From Candidatus Nomurabacteria bacterium RIFCSPHIGHO2_01_FULL_37_25 (GTDB lineage: Bacteria > Patescibacteriota > Minisyncoccia > Phycocordibacterales > UBA9973): DNA of 64,000 bases. The notes beneath the pieces were generated by a model. The model searched no databases. It was not told the DNA's origin and worked only from the letters and a program-made list of their open reading frames with translations. The stretch lies in contig MFTH01000015.1 in the NCBI GenBank assembly GCA_001786765.1, positions 1,548 to 65,547 on the forward strand, read 5' to 3'. Positions 9,887 through 19,430 of the stretch are shown piece by piece; the first letter of the stretch is position 1, and every line of letters begins with the position of its first letter. The translations under genes and the position numbers were made by a program.

Positions 9887-9998
9887 CCCGAACGAAATCG
9901 CGGACGCATAAAATAAGTAAAATTATGAAACTGATTAAATATTTTATAAATAATAATAAAAAGGACAACGAAGCGTAAGCGTACGCGTCCTATTTCGT
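9887..9998. repeat. imperfect inverted repeat in the rplQ-rplM spacer (tcccgaacgaaat...atttcgtacggga)
   Basis: Arms near 9887-9908 and 9977-9998 are near-complementary. Confidence 0.4.
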
Positions 9999-10003
9999 AC
10001 GGG

Positions 10004-10372
10004 ATGAAAAACACAAAAGAAATAATTAATATAAAAATAATAGACGCGCAAGGAAGAACTTTAGGCAGAGTGGCTTCAGAAATTGCGATGTCTTTAATGG
10101 GCAAGACCAAAGCTTCTTTTGAGCGTAATAAATATTCTGGCATACCCGTAAAAGTTATCAACGCGACGAAACTTCGTATTACTGCAAAAAAGTTAGAATC
10201 CATTTATCACACTAGATATTCAGGGATTCCGGGAGGATTGCGTATTACAAAAGGCACGGAAACCGTCCTCACAAAAGGATTCAAAGAATTAATCAGACTC
10301 GCAACATATCAAATGCTTCCGGCAAATAAATTGCGAAGAAAAATGATGAAAAATTTAACAATAACAGATTAA
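10004..10372 (+). CDS. rplM: 50S ribosomal protein L13
   Basis: L13 N-terminal pattern IDAQGRTLGRVASEIA. Confidence 0.9.
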   Translation: MKNTKEIINIKIIDAQGRTLGRVASEIAMSLMGKTKASFERNKYSGIPVKVINATKLRITAKKLESIYHTRYSGIPGGLRITKGTETVLTKGFKELIRLATYQMLPANKLRRKMMKNLTITD

Positions 10373-10376
10373 GTAT

Positions 10377-10850
10377 ATGCCAGAAGAATTAATTGAAAAA
10401 TCAAAACCTGCCCGCAATGCTTCGCATAGCGATACAGGCGGGGATAAATATATTGAAGCCGTAGGAAGACGAAAAACTTCGACTGCCAGAGTGCGTATTA
10501 CAAAATCCGCAAAAGCCAGTTTTTTAGTAAATGGTATTGATAGTAAAGAATATTTCAAAACAGAAGGAGAACGTCGTTTAATTTTAGATCCAATAATAAA
10601 GGGATTGAAGGGGGAACAAGGAAAGGCGAGTTTAAAATGGAATGTGGAAGTGCATGTTTCGGGTGGGGGAGTTCATTCTCAATCTGAAGCAATACGACAC
10701 GGACTTGCTCGCGCTCTTTCCGTATTTGACCCAGAGACTCGCGGAAATTTAAAAGATTTAGGATACTTAAAACGCGATCCGAGAGCCAAAGAACGTAGAA
10801 AATTCGGTCTTAAAAAAGCTCGCAAAGCTCCTCAGTGGAGCAAACGCTAA
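10377..10850 (+). CDS. rpsI: 30S ribosomal protein S9 with an N-terminal extension that carries a GC-rich repeat
   Basis: S9 core starts at ...GRRKTSTARVRI and ends with the basic C-terminus ...KKARKAPQWSKR; the first ~25 aa are extra. Confidence 0.85.
   Translation: MPEELIEKSKPARNASHSDTGGDKYIEAVGRRKTSTARVRITKSAKASFLVNGIDSKEYFKTEGERRLILDPIIKGLKGEQGKASLKWNVEVHVSGGGVHSQSEAIRHGLARALSVFDPETRGNLKDLGYLKRDPRAKERRKFGLKKARKAPQWSKR
10404..10443 (+). repeat. Family C GC-rich palindromic insert (aaacctgcccgcaatgcttcgcatagcgatacaggcgggg), in frame in rpsI
   Basis: Near-identical sequence at 40835-40874 inside scpB; encodes KPARNASHSDTGG versus KPAHNASHSDAGG. Confidence 0.8.
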
Positions 10851-11018
10851 CTGCTTAGCGTTTGCTGAGGTTCGCAATGAAAGCGAAATTGCCGATGTGA
10901 GCGTAGCGAACAGGCAATAACGGGACAACCGTTGATTTATTGCTATGTGTTAAGTGTCAAAATAATTAATAAAATATTAGCCCTTTCCGGAGGGGATTTT
11001 TTGTGCTAAAATAGACGC

Positions 11019-11597
11019 ATGAACGATGAAGAAGAAAAACCAAAGGAAACCGATTCTGAAGTTCTTGAATTTGAATTCAACGAAGATGGAGAGGAGGATT
11101 TGAAGAAAACTCTAAAGAAATTGAGAGAGGATTTGAAAGTGGCCAAAAAAGAGAAAGAAGAATATCTGACTGGCTGGCAAAAAGAACGGGCGGAATTTGT
11201 TAACTACAAAAAAGGGGAAGATGATAGAAAAGCCATGTTTTCAGAATCAATGCGTGAACGAATATTGACTAGATTTCTTACGGTAGTGGATAGTTTTAAT
11301 ATGGCCTTCGCCAATCGTGAGACTTGGGACAAAGTAGATGAAAACTGGAGAAAAGGCGTAGAATATATTTATGGACAGATGAATACAATTTTTGAAGAAT
11401 ACGGAGTGAAACCAATAGGCGAACTAGGAGAAGTTTTTAATCCAAATATTCATCAACCGATAGAAATGACACCAACAGAAAAAAAAGAGCAAGACTATAC
11501 GGTCTCCAATGTTATTCAAAAAGGATATAAATTAGGTGAGCGTGTTATGCGCCCTGCTCAAGTAAATGTTTATGAGTATAAAAAAGCAGAGAATTAA
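11019..11597 (+). CDS. grpE: nucleotide exchange factor GrpE
   Basis: Coiled-coil N-terminus, AEFVNYKKG (GrpE ADFENYRKR-like), upstream of dnaK. Confidence 0.8.
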   Translation: MNDEEEKPKETDSEVLEFEFNEDGEEDLKKTLKKLREDLKVAKKEKEEYLTGWQKERAEFVNYKKGEDDRKAMFSESMRERILTRFLTVVDSFNMAFANRETWDKVDENWRKGVEYIYGQMNTIFEEYGVKPIGELGEVFNPNIHQPIEMTPTEKKEQDYTVSNVIQKGYKLGERVMRPAQVNVYEYKKAEN

Positions 11598-11603
11598 AAG
11601 TTG

Positions 11604-12158
11604 TCACTTTCCAAAAGTCTCAAATAAAGATTTTTTTGTTTCTTCATCTACAAATTGAGTGACAATAATCATCATTTCTGTTGTTAAACCCAAATCTCTT
11701 TTTATATTTGTAAATAAATGTTCAAACGGAAAAGGGGAAATCCAAGCAGAATTTTTCAAACAAACAAAGCCAGCTTTTTTAAGAAGATAGCGTAGAGACT
11801 CACGTTCACTTTTTCTCGGCTCTGGCAGATCGAGTAAAATAATTCTCCAAAATCCATCCCATGAAGTATTTACTAGAGTCGTGTCGCTACCCAATTTCAA
11901 GCTATGCATTTTTCTCTTACCATCTTTTGTCAAACGCACAAATTCATTATGCGGAGATGGTATTTGTTCAATCAAACCAGCACCCTTAAGTCCCTTTAAA
12001 GAGCGCGTAATAGCATAATTATCACGAGACAATGCTTTAGACGTTACCTTAGCATCTAAAGCATTGTCTCGAATTTCAGATAGAGATATAGCATTTTTTT
12101 GCCCCAATATTCGTAATATTTTATTAGAATACTGAGTTTTTTGGTTTTTACTTGACAT
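11604..12158 (-). CDS. hypothetical protein, possible winged-helix regulator
   Basis: Sits between grpE and dnaK on the opposite strand; no confident motif. Confidence 0.35.
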   Translation of the reverse strand: MSSKNQKTQYSNKILRILGQKNAISLSEIRDNALDAKVTSKALSRDNYAITRSLKGLKGAGLIEQIPSPHNEFVRLTKDGKRKMHSLKLGSDTTLVNTSWDGFWRIILLDLPEPRKSERESLRYLLKKAGFVCLKNSAWISPFPFEHLFTNIKRDLGLTTEMMIIVTQFVDEETKKSLFETFGK

Positions 12159-12302
12159 ACCTATATATTATAATATATACTGCTTTTTAGCAAATATTTC
12201 GTGATTACTAAATACTTGCTAAAAATAAATTATTACTATATAATGGCTTTAATTAATTATTAACCCCAATTATCGGATTGGGATTTAAAATATAAAAATA
12301 TT

Positions 12303-14204
12303 ATGAGTAAAATAATAGGTATAGATTTGGGTACAACAAATTCAGCTGTGGCGGTGATTGAAGGAGGAGTGCCAAAAATTATTGAAAATATCGAAGGCAA
12401 TCGCACTACGCCTTCTGTAGTGGCGACTGCAAAAAATGGTGATCGTGTTGTTGGACTTTTGGCGCGAAGACAAGCTATTACAAATCCAGAAAATACAATT
12501 GCGGAAATCAAGCGTTTTATGGGGCATCGTTTTGATGATGGGGAGGTGCAGAAAGATCGTACTTCAACGTCATTTAAAATTGAAGCTAGCGATGGAGGAG
12601 GAGTGAAAATCAAAATGACAGATAAATTTTACCGACCGGAAGAAATTTCTGCGATGATTTTACAAAAAATAAAAACAGACGTTGAGGCAAAGCTGGGTGA
12701 AAAAATCACTGAAGCTGTCATCACCGTGCCTGCGTATTTTAACGATGCGCAAAGAAAGGCAACCAAAGACGCTGGAGCTATCGCGGGACTAGATGTTAAA
12801 AGAATAATCAATGAACCTACCGCGGCCGCGCTTGCTTATGGTTTTGATAAAAAGAAAAATGAAAAAATAGTGGTCTATGATTTCGGTGGAGGAACTTTTG
12901 ATGTGTCTGTCTTAGAGATAGGCGGGGATGTGATAGAAGTAAAGTCTATTGATGGAGACAGTCATATGGGTGGAGGTGATATTGATAGAAAAATAGTTAG
13001 ATGGATTTCTGACGAATATAAAAAGGAATCTGGCATTGATGTAACTAGAGACCCACTGGCGCATCAAAGATTACGAGAAGCGGCTGAAAAAGCAAAGCAT
13101 GAACTTTCTACGACGATCGAAGCGGAAATAAATATTCCTTTTATAACTTCGGACGCTACCGGACCAAAGCATTTACTTATGAAAATGTCTCGCGCTACTC
13201 TAGAGTCGCTTACGAAAGATTTGATTGATCGTTCTATTGAAATAACTAAAAGAGCGCTAGATGCTTCACCCTTCAAGATAAATGAAATAAATGAAATCAT
13301 TATGGTGGGTGGGCAGACTCGAATGCCTAAGATTGTGGAAGCTGTTAAAAATCTTTTTGGCAAAGAACCAAATATGTCTATCAACCCTGATGAAGTGGTA
13401 GCGCTCGGCGCCGCAGTTCAGGCAGGTGTGCTCGCTGGAGATGTGCGTGATGTGCTTTTGCTCGATGTCATACCACTTTCTTTGGGCATTGAGACACTTG
13501 GAGGGGTGGCTACAAAATTAATTGAAAGAAATACGACTATTCCATCAAATAAATCTCAAGTATTTTCCACAGCGGCTGATAATCAAACTTCTGTGGAAAT
13601 TCATATTGTCCAAGGGGAGCGTCCTATGGCATCCGACAACAGATCCTTAGGCCGATTTATCTTAGACGGAGTTCCGCCAGCTCCTAGAGGCATGCCTCAG
13701 ATTGAAGTGTCTTTTGATGTTGATGCAAATGGAATTTTGAATGTTACAGCTAAAGACAAGGCTTCTGGTAAAACTCAATCAATTAAAATAGAAGCGAGTT
13801 CTGGATTAAAAGACGAAGAAATTAAAAAAATGCAAAAAGATGCAGAACTTAACGCTACCGAAGATAAAAAAAAGAAAGAAGTTGTTGATATAAAAAATAC
13901 CGCGGAGATGATTATTTATACCGCTGAAAAAGCATTGAAGGATAATGAAACAAAAATTCCTGCTGAATTAAAAGACAGCGTCAATGCTAAAATTACTGCG
14001 CTAAAAACTGTAAAAGATGGAACTGATGGAGAAGCAATTAAAAAAGCTACAGAAGAACTATCTGCCGAAATGTCAAAAATAGGAGAAGCGATGGCAAAAG
14101 CCGGAACTCCTCCTCCATCTGGAGCTCCAGAAGAGCAAAATCCTGAAGTAAAAGACGCGGAATTTAAAGAGAAGAAAGAAGGAGAAGAAGAAACGCCAAA
14201 ATAA
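12303..14204 (+). CDS. dnaK: molecular chaperone DnaK (Hsp70)
   Basis: [29 protein letters not shown] Hsp70 signatures; 633 aa. Confidence 0.95.
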   Translation: MSKIIGIDLGTTNSAVAVIEGGVPKIIENIEGNRTTPSVVATAKNGDRVVGLLARRQAITNPENTIAEIKRFMGHRFDDGEVQKDRTSTSFKIEASDGGGVKIKMTDKFYRPEEISAMILQKIKTDVEAKLGEKITEAVITVPAYFNDAQRKATKDAGAIAGLDVKRIINEPTAAALAYGFDKKKNEKIVVYDFGGGTFDVSVLEIGGDVIEVKSIDGDSHMGGGDIDRKIVRWISDEYKKESGIDVTRDPLAHQRLREAAEKAKHELSTTIEAEINIPFITSDATGPKHLLMKMSRATLESLTKDLIDRSIEITKRALDASPFKINEINEIIMVGGQTRMPKIVEAVKNLFGKEPNMSINPDEVVALGAAVQAGVLAGDVRDVLLLDVIPLSLGIETLGGVATKLIERNTTIPSNKSQVFSTAADNQTSVEIHIVQGERPMASDNRSLGRFILDGVPPAPRGMPQIEVSFDVDANGILNVTAKDKASGKTQSIKIEASSGLKDEEIKKMQKDAELNATEDKKKKEVVDIKNTAEMIIYTAEKALKDNETKIPAELKDSVNAKITALKTVKDGTDGEAIKKATEELSAEMSKIGEAMAKAGTPPPSGAPEEQNPEVKDAEFKEKKEGEEETPK

Positions 14205-14223
14205 TAATTGTCTACATATAAAC

Positions 14224-14284
14224 TAGAAAGCACCAGAGAGCAGTGCTTTCTAGTGCTTGGTCATAATCCGGAGACCCGGATTAT
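14224..14284 (+). terminator. two consecutive perfect hairpins after dnaK (ctagaaagcac..gtgctttctag; ataatccgg..ccggattat)
   Basis: 11-bp and 9-bp perfect stems; no strong T-tract; may terminate dnaK and/or mark the island boundary. Confidence 0.45.
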
Positions 14285-14424
14285 GCCAATAATTAAAATT
14301 GACACTGTGATTATCGCTAACCAATATAATGCTGGCATAATCACCTCCAGTTGGAGTATAGCACAATATGGTTAACTGTACATGCTCTTGACACAGGTGA
14401 TACACTTTTGATACACTATCTTAT

Positions 14425-14646
14425 ATGACCACAATTAAAAAAAGAATAAATATTTCGTTATCACCAAGCTTAAATATAATGCTCTCTCGCATTGCAAAAC
14501 GTGATAATATTCCTCAAGCCACAAAAGCTATCCATCTTCTTGAGATGGCTCTTGAAATAGAAGAGGATTTTGTTTTTGATAAAATTGCGCGTGAGCGTGA
14601 TACAAAAAACGCTCGTTTTTTAGATCACAAACAAGTCTGGGCGTAA
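14425..14646 (+). CDS. putative antitoxin (ribbon-helix-helix-like) of a type II TA pair
   Basis: 73-aa ORF ending 4 nt before a RelE/ParE-like ORF; the N-terminal KRINISLSPSL is consistent with an RHH beta-strand. Confidence 0.5.
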   Translation: MTTIKKRINISLSPSLNIMLSRIAKRDNIPQATKAIHLLEMALEIEEDFVFDKIARERDTKNARFLDHKQVWA

Positions 14647-14649
14647 AAT

Positions 14650-14928
14650 ATGAGTTATAAAATATTATACGTAGATAAGGTTGTAAAAGATGATATTCCT
14701 AAAATATCAGGTTTATATAAGAGTCGTATTAAGCAAGCTATTGAAACAAGATTGGTTACTACGCCGGATTTATATGGAAAACCGCTACGAAAATCACTAA
14801 AGGGTTATTTGAAACTAAGGGTTGGTGATTACAGAATAATTTTTAGAATAGAAAATTTAAGGGTAAAAATTTTTGCAATTGCGCACCGCAAAATAGTTTA
14901 TGGAATTATTAGCGGAAGAATTTACTAG
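14650..14928 (+). CDS. RelE/ParE-family toxin
   Basis: 92 aa, ...GYLKLRVGDYRIIFRIENLRVKIFAIAHRK matches the RelE/ParE fold consensus; tightly coupled to the upstream small ORF. Confidence 0.7.
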   Translation: MSYKILYVDKVVKDDIPKISGLYKSRIKQAIETRLVTTPDLYGKPLRKSLKGYLKLRVGDYRIIFRIENLRVKIFAIAHRKIVYGIISGRIY

Positions 14929-14960
14929 ATTTTAATACTAAAATCACGTATAATTTAAGG

Positions 14961-16970
14961 ATGGATCTACCTGAAATACCCATAAATAAAGAGATTACAT
15001 ATCTTGGGCTCACCACTTATCGGGATAAGAATCAGCTTTTTGGTATCAAGCGTAAAGACAGACGTCAGCATGTTTATATTCTCGGAAAGTCTGGTACCGG
15101 TAAATCAGCATTGATGTTTAATATGATCATCCAGAACATCCAAAATGGCGACGGAGTTTGTATGGTTGATCCCCATGGAGAAAATGTCGAAGCAGTTCTC
15201 TCTGCTATTCCGCCACATCGAATGAAAGACGTAATTTATTTTAACCCAGCCGACGCAGATCATCATATTGGATTTAATGTCTTAGAACTTATTGACCCGC
15301 AATACAAACATTTAGTGGCTTCGGGACTAATGGGTATTTTCACTAAAATTTGGGCGAATGCGTGGAGCGCCCGAATGGAATATATTTTAAATAATTGTAT
15401 TTTGGCATTACTTGATACTCCGGGAACGACGCTCCTCGGAATCCCTCGTATGTTAGTGGACAAGGATTATCGTCAAAAAATAATTTCAAATTTAAAAGAT
15501 CCGGTGATTAAAGCTTTTTGGGTGCACGAGTATGAAGCTTGGCAGGATAAATTTAGAAATGAAGCTATTGCGCCGATCCAAAATAAAGTCGGACAATTCC
15601 TTTCCACTTCTATTATTCGAAATGTCGTTGGTCAATCCAAAAGTACTATAAATATTTTTGATATGATGAATGACGGAAAGATTTTTCTGGTGAATGTTTC
15701 AAAAGGACGCATTGGTGAAGACAATTCATCTTTGCTTGGTGGAATGATTATTACCAAAATCCAGCTTGCCGCTATGGAGCGTGTGCGTATCCCGGAAGAA
15801 TCTCGCAAAGATTTTTATCTTTATGTGGATGAATTTCAAAATTTTGTGACTGACGCTTTTGCCGGTATTTTATCTGAAGCTAGAAAATATAGATTAAATT
15901 TAACCGTTGCTCATCAATACACCGCTCAACTTATTTCAGACAAAAGTTCAGCGGTGCGGGACGCTGTTTTTGGCAACGTCGGCACAATGATAGTTTTTAG
16001 AGTTGGATCTGATGATGCAGAATTTTTAGAAAAAGAATTTGATCCAGAATTTACTCCGCAAGATATAGTGAATTTACCTAACTACAAGGTTTATTTAAAA
16101 TTAATGATAGATGGTGTGACCTCTCGTCCTTTTTCGGCGAAAACCTTACCGCCTTTGATAAAGTCAGGCGATCAAAAAATCGAAGCAGAAGTAATCAGGA
16201 CATCTCGCGAACTCTATTGCCGTCCCAAAGAAGTAGTGGAAAAAGAAATAAATGACTGGAGCGGAATGTCGCTAGGCAATGATAATGAGCATGGAAATGG
16301 AAATATGGAAAAATTTCCAGTGATATGTTCATTTTGCAAGAAAGAAACTACAGTGCCTTTCAAGCCGGAAAAAGGAAGGCCAGTTTATTGTAAAGACTGC
16401 ATAGCTAGAATAAAGTCCGGTGAGATAAAAGTAGAGAAAAGTTCGGAGAATCAAATTAAATATGATGAAACAAAATTTTTTAAACCGCTGGCTGATCTAG
16501 GCATAGAGTTTCAGCCAAAAAGTGAGCCTCTGCAGGCAAAAAAAATCCAAGAAGAAAGATATCCAGAGAGAGTTGATAAACATCAGATAGAGAAACCTCC
16601 TTCCGCCCTGCCTGTCCAAAAGGCGACTTTGGGCAAATCTGGAATATTGGGAACTATTAAAAAAGTTTTTAGTAAAAACAATACGACCTCAACAAAACCC
16701 GTCAAAGAAAATATTGCGTTAAGGGAAGTTTTAAATAAAATAAATGAACCGGTTTCACTCGACACACTAAAAAATAAAACTAAAAAAACTGCGCCCACAA
16801 AAGACCGCTCTGCTAGTCCTGAAGATATGAATAAATTAAAAGATTTGATTTTAGAAAAGACTGAAAAAACTAAAGAAACAGAAGTCAAAAAAGAAGAAAC
16901 AACTCCACCCGCTACTTCTAAAACTAAAGAAGTGCCAGAAGATGTTCTAAGAAAAATTTTAGAATCATAA
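14961..16970 (+). CDS. soluble T4CP/TrwB-like P-loop ATPase (type IV secretion DNA-binding-domain family) with C-terminal zinc ribbon and Lys-rich tail
   Basis: Walker A GKSGTGKS, downstream DPHGE (DPKGE-like of VirD4/TrwB), Walker B LYVDEFQNF; no TM helices; CSFCKK..(19)..CKDC ribbon; paralog of 19431-20981. Confidence 0.6.
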   Translation: MDLPEIPINKEITYLGLTTYRDKNQLFGIKRKDRRQHVYILGKSGTGKSALMFNMIIQNIQNGDGVCMVDPHGENVEAVLSAIPPHRMKDVIYFNPADADHHIGFNVLELIDPQYKHLVASGLMGIFTKIWANAWSARMEYILNNCILALLDTPGTTLLGIPRMLVDKDYRQKIISNLKDPVIKAFWVHEYEAWQDKFRNEAIAPIQNKVGQFLSTSIIRNVVGQSKSTINIFDMMNDGKIFLVNVSKGRIGEDNSSLLGGMIITKIQLAAMERVRIPEESRKDFYLYVDEFQNFVTDAFAGILSEARKYRLNLTVAHQYTAQLISDKSSAVRDAVFGNVGTMIVFRVGSDDAEFLEKEFDPEFTPQDIVNLPNYKVYLKLMIDGVTSRPFSAKTLPPLIKSGDQKIEAEVIRTSRELYCRPKEVVEKEINDWSGMSLGNDNEHGNGNMEKFPVICSFCKKETTVPFKPEKGRPVYCKDCIARIKSGEIKVEKSSENQIKYDETKFFKPLADLGIEFQPKSEPLQAKKIQEERYPERVDKHQIEKPPSALPVQKATLGKSGILGTIKKVFSKNNTTSTKPVKENIALREVLNKINEPVSLDTLKNKTKKTAPTKDRSASPEDMNKLKDLILEKTEKTKETEVKKEETTPPATSKTKEVPEDVLRKILES

Positions 16971-16971
16971 A

Positions 16972-17316
16972 ATGCGAATAAAAATAATAGATAAAAAAAT
17001 ATCAAAAGACGAACTTCAAGAAATTGCAAAGGAATTTTATGTTGTGATGATAAAAGGTGTTGTGGATGTCGAGCGTGACATTTTAGCCGTGGGTGGAGAA
17101 TACCACATGGATGCAAATAATGTTCTTATTGAAAATAATTCCAAACAGCAAAATATTTGGGGTTTTAACTGGTATTTAGATAAGTCCACAGAGGAATCTA
17201 TTGAATATGTTTCACTTATAAATATTCGTCCAGCGCAAGGCAATAGAGTAATGGAGGTACAAGATTCGTCTTTGCGTGATAAAATGAAATCCATAATATT
17301 AAAATATTTATCATGA
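16972..17316 (+). CDS. hypothetical protein
   Basis: 114 aa; start is 1 nt after the ATPase stop; overlaps the next ORF by 4 nt (ATGA). Confidence 0.4.
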   Translation: MRIKIIDKKISKDELQEIAKEFYVVMIKGVVDVERDILAVGGEYHMDANNVLIENNSKQQNIWGFNWYLDKSTEESIEYVSLINIRPAQGNRVMEVQDSSLRDKMKSIILKYLS

Positions 17317-17603
17317 ACACAACTAGAACACCTTTATTTTATATGGCTAATTTAGGAAGTGAAATGTCACGCGCCGTTTTGGCGTATCAAAAAGCAGATT
17401 TTACAAGTATGAACGATTCAATAATTCGCGCGAAAAATATAATTGAAAAAATCAAAGAATTTCCAGAAATGAAAGGAAGGACAAATGAACTAGAAATTTT
17501 AGAATCTATAGTGGAAAATATGAGACAAAAAAAATTCGAGATGGATAAAAATCAACTTCTAGATTATTTTTCTCCATTTGCCACTAGACTTATGTCTATC
17601 TAA
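17313..17603 (+). CDS. hypothetical protein
   Basis: 96 aa; translationally coupled to the upstream ORF. Confidence 0.4.
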   Translation: MNTTRTPLFYMANLGSEMSRAVLAYQKADFTSMNDSIIRAKNIIEKIKEFPEMKGRTNELEILESIVENMRQKKFEMDKNQLLDYFSPFATRLMSI

Positions 17604-17624
17604 ATATTTAATATTCATTAAATT

Positions 17625-19406
17625 ATGGTGTATGAAAATAAAAAGAAAATATGTCAAAACTGTAAACAAGAATTCACCATAGAACCAGAGGATTTTAATT
17701 TCTATGAAAAAATAAAAGTGCCAGAGCCAACTTTTTGCCCGGAATGTAGAATGATTCGTCGGATGACTTGGCGCAATGAACGTTCGCTTTTCAAACGACC
17801 TTGCGATAAAACTGGAAAACAAATCATTAGCATGTTTCACCCCGAAGCTAAGGTTGTAGTCTATGATCATGACATTTGGTGGTCTGACCAATGGGAGCCG
17901 ACTGATTACGGTAAAGATTACAACTTTAACCGTCCATTTTTTGAGCAATTTAAAGAACTGCTTTCTCAAGTTCCATTAGCCAATCTAGGAAATTCAAACA
18001 GTGTTGGCAGTCCTTATGGCAATCATAACGCAGATTGCAAAGACTGTTACTTATTATATGCCTCATTCGGAAGCGAGCGAACGCATTATTCTTATGGAGC
18101 AGTTCATTTGAAGGATTGCATGGATATGTATACTTGCCTTGATTCTGAATTGTGTTACGAAGACATTGTGAGCGCTGATTTATATAAAACTCATTTTTCT
18201 TATGATGCGGATGAATCCCTCAATTGCTTCTTTCTGAAATATTCCAAAAATATGCAAGACAGCATCGGCTGTATAAATTTAAGAAATAAAAAACGGTGTA
18301 TTTTAAATGTAGAATATTCGAAAGAAGAATATGAAAAAAGAAAAAAAGAATTAGATTTTGGTAGTTACCGTACACTATCTCAATTTGAAAATACTTTTCA
18401 TCAATTCGTCTTAAATTTTCCTTATAGATACGCGCACACAATGAAATCTCTAAATGTTACAGGGGATAATATTATAAATTCTAAAAATGCAAAAAACTGT
18501 TTTGATCTTTATGGAGGAGCTGAAGATGTGAAGTATGTAACTCATTTCGTAGAGGGAAAAGATAGCTATGATTTATACGGAGGGGGAGCAGGAGCATCTC
18601 TTATGTATGAAGGAGTTGACGTTGGAATACAAGCGTCTAAAGAATTATTTGCTGTATTTACTCATGGTTGCCTTGAAACTTATTATACTTACATGTGTTA
18701 CAGTTCTAAAAATCTTTTTGGATGCATCGGTATGCGTGGCAAGCAATACTGTATTTTAAATAAACAATATACTAAAGAAGAATATTTTAAACTTGTGCCG
18801 AAAATTATTGAACAAATGAATACCGTGCCGTATTTTGATAAAAAAGGAATAACTTATAAATATGGGGAATTTTTCCCCAGTGAATTATCTCCTTTTACTT
18901 ATAATGAAACTATTGCCCAAGAGTATTTTCCAAAAGAAAAAGAAGAAATTATTAGAAACGGATACAGCTACAGAGCATCGCTAGAAAAAGATTACCAAAC
19001 GACCATCGAAAGTGATGACTTGCCGGATCATATAAAAGATGTTTCAGAAGCAATCACAGAGGAGGTAATCGCTTGTCCTAATAACGGTAGTGTTCTGACT
19101 CAATGCGCTAAAGCTTATCGCATTATCAAATCGGAATTGGATTTTTTAAAAAACAACAATATAGCTTTGCCTCGATATTGTCCAAATTGTCGTCATTACA
19201 AGAGACTGAAACAAAGAAATCCATTTAAACTCTGGCATGCTAAATGCCAGTGTTTCGGGTCTAATTATAAAAATGAAAAATATAAAAATACGGTAGAGCA
19301 TATTCACGGAGATGAACCCTGTCCAAACGAATTTGAAACAAGTTATGCTCCAGACCGACCAGAAATTATTTATTGTGAGAAATGTTATCAGCAAGAAGTT
19401 TACTAA
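17625..19406 (+). CDS. cysteine-rich protein with N- and C-terminal zinc-ribbon motifs
   Basis: CQNC..(23)..CPECR..RR, CPNCRHYKR..., CEKC; the ribbon pattern (CxxC..F.P....C..C) resembles the C-terminal ribbon of the 14961 ATPase. Confidence 0.5.
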   Translation: MVYENKKKICQNCKQEFTIEPEDFNFYEKIKVPEPTFCPECRMIRRMTWRNERSLFKRPCDKTGKQIISMFHPEAKVVVYDHDIWWSDQWEPTDYGKDYNFNRPFFEQFKELLSQVPLANLGNSNSVGSPYGNHNADCKDCYLLYASFGSERTHYSYGAVHLKDCMDMYTCLDSELCYEDIVSADLYKTHFSYDADESLNCFFLKYSKNMQDSIGCINLRNKKRCILNVEYSKEEYEKRKKELDFGSYRTLSQFENTFHQFVLNFPYRYAHTMKSLNVTGDNIINSKNAKNCFDLYGGAEDVKYVTHFVEGKDSYDLYGGGAGASLMYEGVDVGIQASKELFAVFTHGCLETYYTYMCYSSKNLFGCIGMRGKQYCILNKQYTKEEYFKLVPKIIEQMNTVPYFDKKGITYKYGEFFPSELSPFTYNETIAQEYFPKEKEEIIRNGYSYRASLEKDYQTTIESDDLPDHIKDVSEAITEEVIACPNNGSVLTQCAKAYRIIKSELDFLKNNNIALPRYCPNCRHYKRLKQRNPFKLWHAKCQCFGSNYKNEKYKNTVEHIHGDEPCPNEFETSYAPDRPEIIYCEKCYQQEVY

Positions 19407-19430
19407 ATTTTATGTTAAAATAATTTCTAT

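Noticed and set aside
10850-11018. GC-richer stretch after rpsI with partial inverted repeats (gcgaaattgccgatgtgagcgtagcgaacaggcaata..) considered as another repeat-family member or ncRNA
   Set aside because: It does not match families A, B or C and has no clear stable hairpin. It is left as unexplained intergenic sequence, possibly a terminator or attenuator for the grpE promoter region.
12260-12613. 117-aa minus-strand ORF overlapping the dnaK start
   Set aside because: It is antisense to the highly conserved DnaK N-terminus and is spurious.
16583-17116. 177-aa minus-strand ORF overlapping the Lys-rich tail of ATPase 1
   Set aside because: It is antisense to a low-complexity coding region and has no start context.
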